Assembly: GCA_016926205.1 (NCBI GenBank)
Contig: JAFGPB010000062.1
Coordinates: 5,759-69,758, forward strand
Direction: 5' to 3'
Length of the DNA: 64,000 nt
From: Bacteroidales bacterium
GTDB taxonomy: Bacteria > Bacteroidota > Bacteroidia > Bacteroidales > UBA10428
The notes below the pieces were generated by a model, which worked only from the letters and a program-made list of their open reading frames with translations, did no database searches and had not been told where the DNA came from. Below, one piece after another: positions 1 through 8,624 of the stretch. Made by a program: the position numbers and the translations under genes. The number at the start of each line of letters is the position of its first letter. Position 1 is the stretch's first letter.

Positions 1-39
1 GATCAGCAACGTTGTCAAGAGAAAAATTGACCTTTTCAT
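1..39 (-). CDS. 5' end (13 codons) of a gene running off the left edge; N-terminus MKRSIFLLTTLLI resembles a signal peptide
   Basis: ATG at 39-37 on the minus strand, open to the window edge, hydrophobic start. Too short to identify. Confidence 0.25.
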   Translation of the reverse strand, partial: MKRSIFLLTTLLI

Positions 40-470
40 CTTTTTTAAGGAAATTTAGGAAATATATTTTACAAATCAATGTGTTGTCCTGTAAAAAGCA
101 TATATGACCTTACAGGAGCATTCAGAAACATAATTTGCCTGTTCCGGCCTGATGCCATGGTTTTATCAATGATACCTGACTGATAGATTTAAACCAGAGG
201 TTTACATCTATTTAAACGGAACGATCATGATGAAATCTGCCTTTGCTGCAGCACTGATGCAGTCTTTTACGGAAAGACTGCCGGACAGTCATTGCAGGAT
301 GGGCAGGTAAATAAAAACTCTATCTGAACCATGAATGCGTGAGAATACTGGAAACAGACAGATGAGGACAAAAGCAATACAATTACGTGGCTATAGCAGA
401 ATTTTGATTTTAAATTTGAAAATTCTCCCATTTGTGGTTTAACGATCCATGAGTTACTATACGTTCATAT

Positions 471-513
471 AAAAAAAGCCGAAAATCAAGTTATTACGCC
501 TGATCTCAGCTTT
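471..513 (-). terminator. Imperfect hairpin plus T7 run about 50 nt downstream of tRNA-Val
   Basis: Minus strand reads aaagctgagatcagg-cgtaataa-cttgattttcggc followed by ttttttt. The stem has mismatches. Confidence 0.3.
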
Positions 514-563
514 AAATCATCAATCTGTAAATCAACAAGCCAATAAGTCAAAAAACAAACCTG

Positions 564-638
564 TGGGCATTACTGGATTCGAACCAGTGACCCCTACCCT
601 GTCAAGGTAATGCTCTAAACCAACTGAGCTAAATGCCC
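564..638 (-). tRNA. tRNA-Val, anticodon GAC
   Basis: Hand-folded 75-nt cloverleaf: acceptor GGGCATT/AATGCCC, D stem GCTC/GAGC, anticodon stem TTACC/GGTAG, loop TTGACAG, T arm ACTGG-TTCGAAT-CCAGT, discriminator A. No encoded CCA. Confidence 0.9.
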
Positions 639-863
639 GGAAAATATCCCGCACACTTTGGTGAAACCATTCCGTTGGGTGCCGGATTGTAAAAATAATA
701 TAAAATTTTTCAATATAAAATGTAAATAAACCTGGGTTTTCCCGTATACAGACTTTGGTGATACCTTATTATTCATTTTAATGCGAGGTGTATCACATAT
801 TGTTACCCTTTACTGGAACAATTGGTCTGTCTGATTAAAATCGCACCATAAAAATATGCAACC

Positions 864-1901
864 ATGAAAAAGATAAAACTGTTTTCGGGAGCTGCTGTCC
901 TGTTTCTTCTGCTCAGCAGCACGGCATGGGTGAACCTTACACTGGTAAGACCATCGGAGATCATGCTGCCCGATTATATCCGGACCATTGCTGTTGTTGA
1001 CCGTACTGTGCAGGACGATAACACAAAGAATAAAATTGAGCAGGTTCTTACAGGTGAATTTTTTCAGCAGGATGAGCAGGCTGTCCTCCAGGTTGCAGAA
1101 GGATTTATCAGCGCCTGTGCGGATGTGGAGCGGTACTTCACCGTCCGCACTGAAGAGAAATTCAGCAGTGACGGCTCCAAAAACATTTTCCCGAGCACGA
1201 TGGACTGGAACGATGTAACGGAACTCTGCGACAAATATCAGGCGGATGCCATACTTGCCATTGAGATCTATGATTCGGATTTCATTGTGACGCACAGTCC
1301 CGTAAAGATCGAAACGAACAACGAACTTGGATTGCCGGTCATAAAGCTGGAATACCATGCTGTCGGTGTGGCCGTGATCAATTTTGGGATCAGGTTGTAT
1401 GATGCGGCAAACAGGATCATACTGGATGAGTACCAGACCACACACAGAATGAATTTTGAGGTCCAGGGCGGAACCATACAGGCTGCGCTCAACCAGATGA
1501 TTGACAAAGTACAGGCGGTGAACCGCGTGAGTTACGATGCAGGTTTCATCTATGCAAGCAGGATCACTCCCACATACTACAGGGTAACCCGTTATTTTTA
1601 TGACAAGCCAAAAAAGAAACTTGGCCTGGGTGTAAGAATGTCTGAGGTTGCCGACTGGAACGGGGCGATTGATGCATGGATGCCTGTGGTTCAAACAGGC
1701 AGGCGAAAACATGCGGGCAGGGCAGCCTATAATATTGCTGTCGCCTGGGAAGTTCTGGGCGATCTTGAGCTGTCCAGGGAATGGGCCTCCAGATCCTATG
1801 TTGAATTCAGGGACAAAAGGGCGGAAGACTACCACGACATGCTGAGCAACCGGATCAGGGAAGAAATTATCGTTGAAGAACAATTGTTATCCAGAGAATA
1901 A
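864..1901 (+). CDS. Secreted or lipoprotein-like protein of unknown function (possibly a Bacteroidota DUF family, unverified)
   Basis: ATG start and signal peptide MKKIKLFSGAAVLFLLLSS. Ordinary amino-acid composition, unlike the antisense ORF. Confidence 0.75.
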   Translation: MKKIKLFSGAAVLFLLLSSTAWVNLTLVRPSEIMLPDYIRTIAVVDRTVQDDNTKNKIEQVLTGEFFQQDEQAVLQVAEGFISACADVERYFTVRTEEKFSSDGSKNIFPSTMDWNDVTELCDKYQADAILAIEIYDSDFIVTHSPVKIETNNELGLPVIKLEYHAVGVAVINFGIRLYDAANRIILDEYQTTHRMNFEVQGGTIQAALNQMIDKVQAVNRVSYDAGFIYASRITPTYYRVTRYFYDKPKKKLGLGVRMSEVADWNGAIDAWMPVVQTGRRKHAGRAAYNIAVAWEVLGDLELSREWASRSYVEFRDKRAEDYHDMLSNRIREEIIVEEQLLSRE

Positions 1902-1955
1902 TGTACATTTTGATTGAGGATTGAATCTCTGCGTGAATCCAAATTCAGGTTCCTG

Positions 1956-2001
1956 CCACACTCACACCCACACCCACACCCACACCCAAATACCCACACC
2001 C
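1956..2001. repeat. Hexamer microsatellite (CCCACA)n on the plus strand, (GGGTGT)n on the minus strand
   Basis: Six C3 tracts at 1967-69, 1973-75, 1979-81, 1985-87, 1993-95 and 1999-2001, separated by ACA or AAATA. Confidence 0.9.
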
Positions 2002-2543
2002 TAATTTTCTCTTTCTCCATGTTCGGCTTCAAGAAATCTTTTTGATAACGCGGCGATCAGCTGGCTGAATGTGGCCATTGCCTGTCCAGTTTCCCTGCTG
2101 ACCTCTTTCTTTTTTAATCTGAGCAATAACAGTCCGTATAAGGCATTCATGCATGTCTCTATATCATTGGCAATCTGATTGCCTGATTTGGCTTTCAGTT
2201 CATTTATGTATTGGGAAGCATGCAGATACAGTTGATGATACTGTATTTCAGCAGTATTATTCAGGAGCCTGAGGTGAAATTCATTTAAATCACACATCAG
2301 GGTTTTGAGAAAGCTCAGGTGACCATTCTGACGTATCCCTTCTTCGTGCATCATCAGAATGAGATCAGCATACCAGTCCCGGATCTCTTCCTTAATCTTT
2401 GAAGGCTGGGCGTACTGGGATATCAGATTGGTTTCAATTTTGTCTATATCAAAATAATGTGCCCGTATGAGATCTTCAACCTGCCACATATAGAGTATGT
2501 ATTCCGCGATGTTGGTCTGCCTTTTTTGCCGGGCTATAAACAT
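2001..2543 (-). CDS. Conserved hypothetical protein, DUF4924-like (from memory)
   Basis: 180-aa ORF. The NIAEYILYMWQVEDLIRA motif recalls the Bacteroidota DUF4924 family. Sits 7 bp downstream of the S4-domain gene. Confidence 0.65.
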   Translation of the reverse strand: MFIARQKRQTNIAEYILYMWQVEDLIRAHYFDIDKIETNLISQYAQPSKIKEEIRDWYADLILMMHEEGIRQNGHLSFLKTLMCDLNEFHLRLLNNTAEIQYHQLYLHASQYINELKAKSGNQIANDIETCMNALYGLLLLRLKKKEVSRETGQAMATFSQLIAALSKRFLEAEHGEREN

Positions 2544-2550
2544 GTTATTT

Positions 2551-2934
2551 CTATTCCTGGTTTATAATTTCACTGAGCAACCTTCTTTCCTTTTTAGTAG
2601 GGCGTCCTGTACCCCGGTCACGTTTGAAAAAGGCCGTGTCCTTTAATTTCAGTTTCTCAAGTTCTTCGGGAGCGGTAATATCATCATAAAATTCATGGAT
2701 CCGTTTTGCAGGCAATCTGTTTTCAACCAGCTCTTTAACCTGAAATGTATAAATAACGGGTAGTTTTCTGATAAGAATGGTATCGCCTCTCCTGACTTCA
2801 CGGGAAGGTTTGGCTTCTGTTCCGTTGATCATGATCCTGCCTTTCCTGCATGCCTCAGTGGCCTGACTGCGTGTCTTGTAGATCCTGACCGACCAAAGCC
2901 ATTTGTCCAGCCTGACTTTATCCTTTTCTTCCAT
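2551..2934 (-). CDS. hslR: S4-domain RNA-binding protein, Hsp15-like
   Basis: VRLDKWLWSVRIYKTRSQA...INGTEAKPSREVRRGDTI is a typical S4/Hsp15 N-terminus. Confidence 0.85.
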   Translation of the reverse strand: MEEKDKVRLDKWLWSVRIYKTRSQATEACRKGRIMINGTEAKPSREVRRGDTILIRKLPVIYTFQVKELVENRLPAKRIHEFYDDITAPEELEKLKLKDTAFFKRDRGTGRPTKKERRLLSEIINQE

Positions 2935-3033
2935 GTATATCCTTCAGATCATCTCAATAAGTGAATTGATGTAAAATTAATCAATATAATCTTTATATCC
3001 TGTTAACCCGGTAAAACCGTAAAAAGGTGATGT

Positions 3034-3064
3034 AAAAAAAGGCCTTTCATGCAAAAGGCCTTTT
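3034..3064 (-). terminator. Rho-independent terminator
   Basis: Minus strand reads AAAAGGCCTTTT-GCAT-GAAAGGCCTTTT followed by TTT: a 12-bp stem, tetraloop and U-run. Lies 210 nt downstream of the GGGPS-like stop. Confidence 0.7.
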
Positions 3065-3276
3065 CGAGCATTAGACAAAACTACTAACCAAACAACATGG
3101 GCAAAACCGTATCTTTATTTCCCTGGATGAATTTCTTTGTTTTGCTTTCTGTTGTATATTACGCAAAAACTTGACAGCTGTCTAAAAAATGTGATGAAGT
3201 GATGCTATATGTTGACAGAGCAGTCTTTTTCTTATGCAAGCATTAAGCGAATATTCCTGCCTTCTGTCAGATTCTG

Positions 3277-3999
3277 TCAGAACTCAAGCTTCACACGGGC
3301 CAGGGATTTGAGAATACGAAGATCGTTTTCAACGGCAGAACCGACCACTACACCGTTGGCACCGGATTTATACAACAAACGGATGTCAGCCGGTGTTTTT
3401 ATTCCGCCACCTGCAATCAGGGGCAGGGTAACAATGTTTTTAATGGCGGTAATTGCATGTTCTTTCACAGGTCTGGCAGCACCGCTTCCGGCTTCCAGAT
3501 AGATCAGTTTCAGTCCGAGCTGTTCTCCTGCAAGAGCAGTGGCTGCAATAATGTCTGTTTTATCAGCCGGGATGGGTCTGGTGTTGCTGATGTACTCCAC
3601 TGATGATAAAGGATGACCGTCAATGAGCAGATAACCTGTAGGGATGATTTCCAGTCCGGATTTCTTAAGGAACTGAGAGATCAGAACATGATTGCCGATA
3701 AGATATTCAGGGTTTCTCCCTGAGATCATCGAACTCAGCAGGATCCCATCGGCCTTGTCACTGAGCTGGAACAGATTGCCCGGAAATAAAAGTACAGGAC
3801 AATCGGTAGAGTCTTTTATGGCTTCAATAAGGTTGTCGACAGGACGGGATGTAAGACTTCCTCCGACAAGGATGAGGTCAGTACCTGCAATCGTTGCAGT
3901 ATCAGCGGTTTTCCTGACTGAATCGACTGTATGAAATTCAGGATCAATCAGCACAATAAAGATTTTGCGCCCGCTTTCAAATATCTGATTGTAAATCAT
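3277..3999 (-). CDS. Geranylgeranylglyceryl / heptaprenylglyceryl phosphate synthase family protein (PcrB/GGGPS-like)
   Basis: 240 aa with LIDPE, GTDLILVGGS and PLIAGGGIKTP motifs typical of the GGGPS/PcrB TIM-barrel family. Confidence 0.85.
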   Translation of the reverse strand: MIYNQIFESGRKIFIVLIDPEFHTVDSVRKTADTATIAGTDLILVGGSLTSRPVDNLIEAIKDSTDCPVLLFPGNLFQLSDKADGILLSSMISGRNPEYLIGNHVLISQFLKKSGLEIIPTGYLLIDGHPLSSVEYISNTRPIPADKTDIIAATALAGEQLGLKLIYLEAGSGAARPVKEHAITAIKNIVTLPLIAGGGIKTPADIRLLYKSGANGVVVGSAVENDLRILKSLARVKLEF

Positions 4000-4020
4000 A
4001 TTATACCGACATGTTTAAAT

Positions 4021-4659
4021 TCATTTGCTGGTCCAGACAATTATATAATTGCCCATGCTGAAATACTTCATTTTAAACAGTTCATTTCTCCGTTTGTTTT
4101 TGACCCAACCGTTCAGTTCACCGTCCTCCTGCGGATGAAAAGGCTCAATTGTAAGATTCTCCTTAAAATTTATGTCATGCTTGTCACAAATCTTATACAG
4201 CGCTTCCTTTGCGCACCAGTGTATATAGAGATGGTATTTTTTCAGTTCCATATCGTCAGTGACATATTCCTTGTCATTGATGAACTTATAGGCAAGATTG
4301 CTGATGCGATGGGACATAAATTCCAGATCAATACCTACCTGCTTTTCCTTGCTCAGAAGAATGGATGTCAGGTCCCTGGAATGTGAAATGCTGATATGAT
4401 ATGAATTGCCTCTTACAAAGGGCTTTCTGTTACCGTTGTAAAAGATGCCCAGATTCTTCTGTGTCATTTCATTCAGGAGTACCCTTACACTGAGCCATTC
4501 CAGCTTTCTCGGAAGAAAAGTAAATGCTTCCATCTTTTCTTCATCTTCAGGGACAAGATCAATCCTCGACCTAAGGTCACCCAAGGTTTCGGTTATTTTC
4601 CAGATACCCAACTGACAACCACCTTCGGTATATTTGTTCGTTATGAGTCCCACAGTCAA
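4021..4659 (-). CDS. 4'-phosphopantetheinyl transferase (Sfp type)
   Basis: GIDLEF and WCAKEALYK motifs. No ATG is available, so the start is TTG at 4659 or GTG at 4653. Confidence 0.8.
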   Translation of the reverse strand: MTVGLITNKYTEGGCQLGIWKITETLGDLRSRIDLVPEDEEKMEAFTFLPRKLEWLSVRVLLNEMTQKNLGIFYNGNRKPFVRGNSYHISISHSRDLTSILLSKEKQVGIDLEFMSHRISNLAYKFINDKEYVTDDMELKKYHLYIHWCAKEALYKICDKHDINFKENLTIEPFHPQEDGELNGWVKNKRRNELFKMKYFSMGNYIIVWTSK

Positions 4660-4667
4660 ATATTCAG

Positions 4668-5279
4668 TTAATTCCAGGAAAATGTTTTAATCAAATGTTC
4701 TATGTCCGCAGTAAAAAATTCAATAACAGGAGCCAGTGAATCTTTATTGGGCTGTACATTGAAATACAATGCACCACTCAGAAAATTAAGTGTGCTGTCA
4801 GTAATGAAAAAGTTCAAAGATGAAGCGGTATTGCCCCGGATATCATAAATCATACCAAACACGTCCCGTTCAGGATAATAGAATGGTTTTTCGATAATAT
4901 CATCTGCTTTAATACTATGTTTGTATGCCAGGAGCCTGATATCTTCGACATGGGCGGCGAGGTTATTGCTCAGTTTCTTGTAAGTCAGGTGGATAGTTCC
5001 TTTATATTCGGGAAATTCCAGGTTGATCCAGCAAGGTTCTGCATCGGCTCCCTGGTATGACATTATTTTGCCGTATTCAGGGTACTCAAAACTGTAATTG
5101 CATTCGCTCTGGTAGATCCGGTAAGATTTTTCCGGCAGATCGATACGGAAATAACCGCGTGGTTTTGGGACAGGACTGTTGTCACATGATGCACTTACGG
5201 CTGTAATAAAAAGCAGGACAGCAGGCCATAATGCTGATATAGTGCAATTTGAACTGGATTCAAGATTCATTTCACTCAA
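4668..5279 (-). CDS. gldD: Gliding-motility lipoprotein GldD-like
   Basis: Lipobox AVSASC, PKPRGYFRIDLPEK motif, position immediately downstream of gldE, and an 8-bp overlap with it. Confidence 0.65.
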   Translation of the reverse strand: MSEMNLESSSNCTISALWPAVLLFITAVSASCDNSPVPKPRGYFRIDLPEKSYRIYQSECNYSFEYPEYGKIMSYQGADAEPCWINLEFPEYKGTIHLTYKKLSNNLAAHVEDIRLLAYKHSIKADDIIEKPFYYPERDVFGMIYDIRGNTASSLNFFITDSTLNFLSGALYFNVQPNKDSLAPVIEFFTADIEHLIKTFSWN

Positions 5280-6630
5280 TGTTTCCGGATTTAAATGTAA
5301 CCAAAACCTGTTTTATCCTTCTTTCATCCACAGATTTGATTGTGAACTGAAAGTCTTTCACATTAAAAATCTCATTTTTCTTCGGGAGTTCATTTTTCAT
5401 TTCCAGTATAAGACCCGCCAGTGTCTCAGCTTCACCTTTCACATTGCTGAAAATCTCTTCATCCAGGTTTAGTATTTTGCAAAAATCATGAAGCAGGATC
5501 TTGGCTTCGAACAGATAATTATCTTCATCAATTTTAACAAAGTGCAGCTGATCCTCGTCAGATTCATCCGTGATTTCACCCACTATTTCTTCCAGAATGT
5601 CTTCCAGGGTTATGATCCCCGATGTGCCGCCATATTCATCAACAACTACAGCCATATGTATTTTTGTGGTCTGGAACTCTTTTAACAGTTCACTGATCTT
5701 TTTGGTTTCGGGCACATAATAAGGTGGACGTATCAGTGACTGCCAGTTGAACGAATCAGGTTTTCCCAGATGAGGCAGAAGATCCTTAACATATAAGATT
5801 CCGTTGATGTGATCAAGGTCCTGATGGTATACCGGGATCCTGGAAAATCCTGAGTCCACTATCGTTCCTATAAGTGGTTTAAGTCGTGTTTTAATGCTTA
5901 CACCCAACACATCGACACGGGAAGTCATGATTTCTTTTACATCGATGTTACCGAACCTAACAATCCCCTTCAGGATCTTCTTCTCTTCCGTTATCCCTTC
6001 CCTGGTCAGATCGAGGGCTTCAGAAAGATCATTCATCGAAATGTTCATGCGGCGGGAAGCCAGTCTTTTATGAATGAAAGATGTGGAGTTGATCAGCAAA
6101 AGATTTAAGGGTCTGAATATTTTTTCAAGTACATCCAGCGGGATGGCCATGAATTCTGCAAATTTCATTGCATAGCGAATTGCATAGATCTTTGGTAATA
6201 TTTCGCCAAACACAACGATCAGTGTTGTGATGGCAAGCACCTCAATGATAAAACCTAAAACTTCCGACTGCGTGTAATCGAACAGCGAGGTGGTAAAATA
6301 GGTGGAAATAATAATAATGCCAAGATTGACAAAATTATTCGCGACCAGGATTGTAGCCAGCAACCGTTCCGGCATGTCAATCAGTTTTACAACAATTTTG
6401 TTTCTTCTGTTATGAGAGCCTCTGAAAGAGCTTATTTCGGAAGGTGACAGGGAGAAGTATGAGGCTTCTGATCCAGAGATAAATGCAGATATTACAAGCA
6501 GTATAACGATCACTGTCAGTGTAATTCCCAGATTCAGGGTAAAAGGATTTACGGTGAAATCCAAAACTGAGATTATAACCTGTTGATAAGGTTCGTCGTC
6601 CAATTCAGAAAATACTAGGTTAATAGTCAA
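5272..6630 (-). CDS. gldE: Gliding-motility protein GldE (DUF21-CBS pair-CorC/HlyC hemolysin-type membrane protein)
   Basis: N-terminal TM region, CBS pair, and C-terminal CorC_HlyC-like region. ssb/mutY/gldD context. TTG start. Confidence 0.8.
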   Translation of the reverse strand: MTINLVFSELDDEPYQQVIISVLDFTVNPFTLNLGITLTVIVILLVISAFISGSEASYFSLSPSEISSFRGSHNRRNKIVVKLIDMPERLLATILVANNFVNLGIIIISTYFTTSLFDYTQSEVLGFIIEVLAITTLIVVFGEILPKIYAIRYAMKFAEFMAIPLDVLEKIFRPLNLLLINSTSFIHKRLASRRMNISMNDLSEALDLTREGITEEKKILKGIVRFGNIDVKEIMTSRVDVLGVSIKTRLKPLIGTIVDSGFSRIPVYHQDLDHINGILYVKDLLPHLGKPDSFNWQSLIRPPYYVPETKKISELLKEFQTTKIHMAVVVDEYGGTSGIITLEDILEEIVGEITDESDEDQLHFVKIDEDNYLFEAKILLHDFCKILNLDEEIFSNVKGEAETLAGLILEMKNELPKKNEIFNVKDFQFTIKSVDERRIKQVLVTFKSGNIE

Positions 6631-6635
6631 ATCTA

Positions 6636-7067
6636 TCAGAATGGCAGATCGTCTACCGGATCTTCCGCATCAGCCTGAGGTTTTTCTTCCTGAAAAGAAT
6701 CCGGTTGATTGTAATTTCCACCTTGTGTTGAATCATCGGGACGTTTACCGAGCATTTGCATGACATCAGCAACGATTTCAGTAGTATAACGCTTGTTGTT
6801 GTCTTTATCATCCCACGAACGGGTGCGCAGTTTCCCTTCAATATAAAGTTGACTTCCTTTCTTCACATATTTGTCTGCAACTTCAGCAAGTCCTCTCCAA
6901 AGGACAACATTATGCCATTCTGTTGAAGTGACCCGTTCTCCGTTTTTGTTTTTATAAAACTCCGTGGTTGCCAGTCTGATGTTACAAACAGGAGTATTAT
7001 TATCCAGGTAACGGACATCCGGATCCTGTCCAACATTACCCACCAGTATCACTTTGTTAACAGACAT
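6636..7067 (-). CDS. ssb: Single-stranded DNA-binding protein
   Basis: [22 protein letters not shown]-fold start and acidic C-terminal tail ending DDLPF. Confidence 0.95.
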   Translation of the reverse strand: MSVNKVILVGNVGQDPDVRYLDNNTPVCNIRLATTEFYKNKNGERVTSTEWHNVVLWRGLAEVADKYVKKGSQLYIEGKLRTRSWDDKDNNKRYTTEIVADVMQMLGKRPDDSTQGGNYNQPDSFQEEKPQADAEDPVDDLPF

Positions 7068-7123
7068 ATGATTTGTATTTGTATTCGGAGCAAAAGTACA
7101 AAAAAAATGGATTCATGGAGGTT

Positions 7124-8176
7124 TTATTTCAGATCCTGCAGATAACGCTCAATAAGTCGTGGTACCGCATACTGAACTATTGAATCCAGAGTAACTGAAA
7201 TGAAATGTTTTTCCAGGTACGGTGCTTCACCGTTGACTGGAATGTCAATAAACCTGGCATAGATATTCTGATGTGTCAGTTTGTGATGATATATTCCGGA
7301 TATGTTCCTGATTTGATAAGCACTTCCGCTCATCAGGCTTTCCCATTCTTTATGCTTTACAAGCTGCTTTATGTTCAATGGTTCAGAAGTTTCTATCATG
7401 GGAAATTCATACAGGGAATGCCAGATGTCATTCGAGTTTCTTTTACAGATGTATGTTTTTTCATGATGCATGAAAACAAGATAATTAAAGTACCTGTTTC
7501 GTGAAGCTTTTTTGGGTATTTTCACCGGCAGGTCCGGAATGAGGCCGGAATGTTTTGCCCTGCAATATTGCGCCAGGGGACAATCGTGACAAAGTGGTTT
7601 TTTCGGTCTGCATATCAGTGAACCAAGTTCCATAAGAGCCTGATTGTGCTGACCGGGATTTCTATAATCCAGAATATGTTCGGCCAGTTTACGGAATACG
7701 GATTCACCCTCAGATGTATTTACCGGTGTATGCTCTCCGAAAACCCTGGCCAGGATCCGGTAAACATTCCCGTCGACCACCGGGACAGGTTCTCCGAAAG
7801 CAATGGATGCAATGGCCGCCGCTGTATATTTCCCGATACCCTTGAGGTTTAGAAGTTCTTTGTATGAAGAAGGAAAACTGCCTCCGAATTGATTTGCGAT
7901 TACCCGGGCTGTTTCATGCATATTCCTTGCCCGTGTATAATATCCCAGTCCCTGCCATATTTTAAGAACATCATCAAGGTCTGCCGAGGCCAGCATATGC
8001 ACATCCGGATACTGATCAATGAATTTAAGGTAATATTTCAATCCCTGATTTATGCGGGTCTGCTGCAAAATAATTTCGGAGAGCCAAATACAATAAGGAA
8101 ATTTCGTTTTTCTCCATGGAAGTTCCCTTTTGTTGTGAACATACCATTCTGCAATGATTTCAGAGATATTTGACAT
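7124..8176 (-). CDS. mutY: A/G-specific adenine DNA glycosylase
   Basis: HhH-GPD region (LPGIGKYTAAAI-like LKGIGKYTAAAIASIAFG), 4Fe-4S cluster CxxxxxxCxxCxxxxxC, and a C-terminal NUDIX-like domain. Confidence 0.9.
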   Translation of the reverse strand: MSNISEIIAEWYVHNKRELPWRKTKFPYCIWLSEIILQQTRINQGLKYYLKFIDQYPDVHMLASADLDDVLKIWQGLGYYTRARNMHETARVIANQFGGSFPSSYKELLNLKGIGKYTAAAIASIAFGEPVPVVDGNVYRILARVFGEHTPVNTSEGESVFRKLAEHILDYRNPGQHNQALMELGSLICRPKKPLCHDCPLAQYCRAKHSGLIPDLPVKIPKKASRNRYFNYLVFMHHEKTYICKRNSNDIWHSLYEFPMIETSEPLNIKQLVKHKEWESLMSGSAYQIRNISGIYHHKLTHQNIYARFIDIPVNGEAPYLEKHFISVTLDSIVQYAVPRLIERYLQDLK

Positions 8177-8310
8177 GAAATTCTACGAATTAAATTAAAA
8201 AGTATGTCAAAATTAATCGATTAGTATTTTATTTATCGAAGGAAAAATCTATATTTGCATCTCATAATTACGGAAACTTCTAATATATTGATAATTAAAG
8301 ATTTTAAACA

Positions 8311-8595
8311 ATGACGAAAGCTGATATTGTAAACGAAATCTCTAAGAACACAGGGATTGAAAAGATTACTGTTCAGAAAACAGTTGAAGCCTTTATGGAA
8401 GCAGTCAAAGATTCGCTTGTAACAAACAAGAACGTGTATTTAAGGGGGTTTGGCAGTTTTATTATAAAGAAGCGTGCCAAGAAAACAGCCAGGAATATCT
8501 CAAAGAATACCACATTGATTATTCCCGCTCACAATATTCCTTCATTTAAACCTGCAAAATCATTTGTGAATAAGGTGAAAGCCAATGTTAAGTAA
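8311..8595 (+). CDS. HU/IHF family DNA-binding protein
   Basis: 94 aa with MTKADIVNEIS...GFGSFIIKKRAKKTARNI...IPAHNIPSFKP. A TATATTTG -7-like box lies at 8250-8257. Confidence 0.9.
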   Translation: MTKADIVNEISKNTGIEKITVQKTVEAFMEAVKDSLVTNKNVYLRGFGSFIIKKRAKKTARNISKNTTLIIPAHNIPSFKPAKSFVNKVKANVK

Positions 8596-8624
8596 GATTT
8601 ATTATTGATTGGGAGAAACAGAAA

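Noticed and set aside
564-638. tRNA-Val as an integration hotspot with an adjacent island
   Set aside because: The flanking 520 bp shows no copy of the tRNA 3' end (e.g. GGTTCGAATCCAGTAATGCCC) and there is no integrase. Only a non-coding tract remains, which is reported separately at low interest.
1829-2032. 67-aa minus-strand ORF containing VWVFGCGCGCGCECG
   Set aside because: It is simply the translation of the (GGGTGT)n microsatellite. It overlaps the ends of two well-supported convergent genes and has no coding character.
3209-3502. 97-aa plus-strand ORF spanning the 3' end of the GGGPS-like gene
   Set aside because: It is mostly antisense to a gene with clear family motifs, and its own product has no recognisable features.
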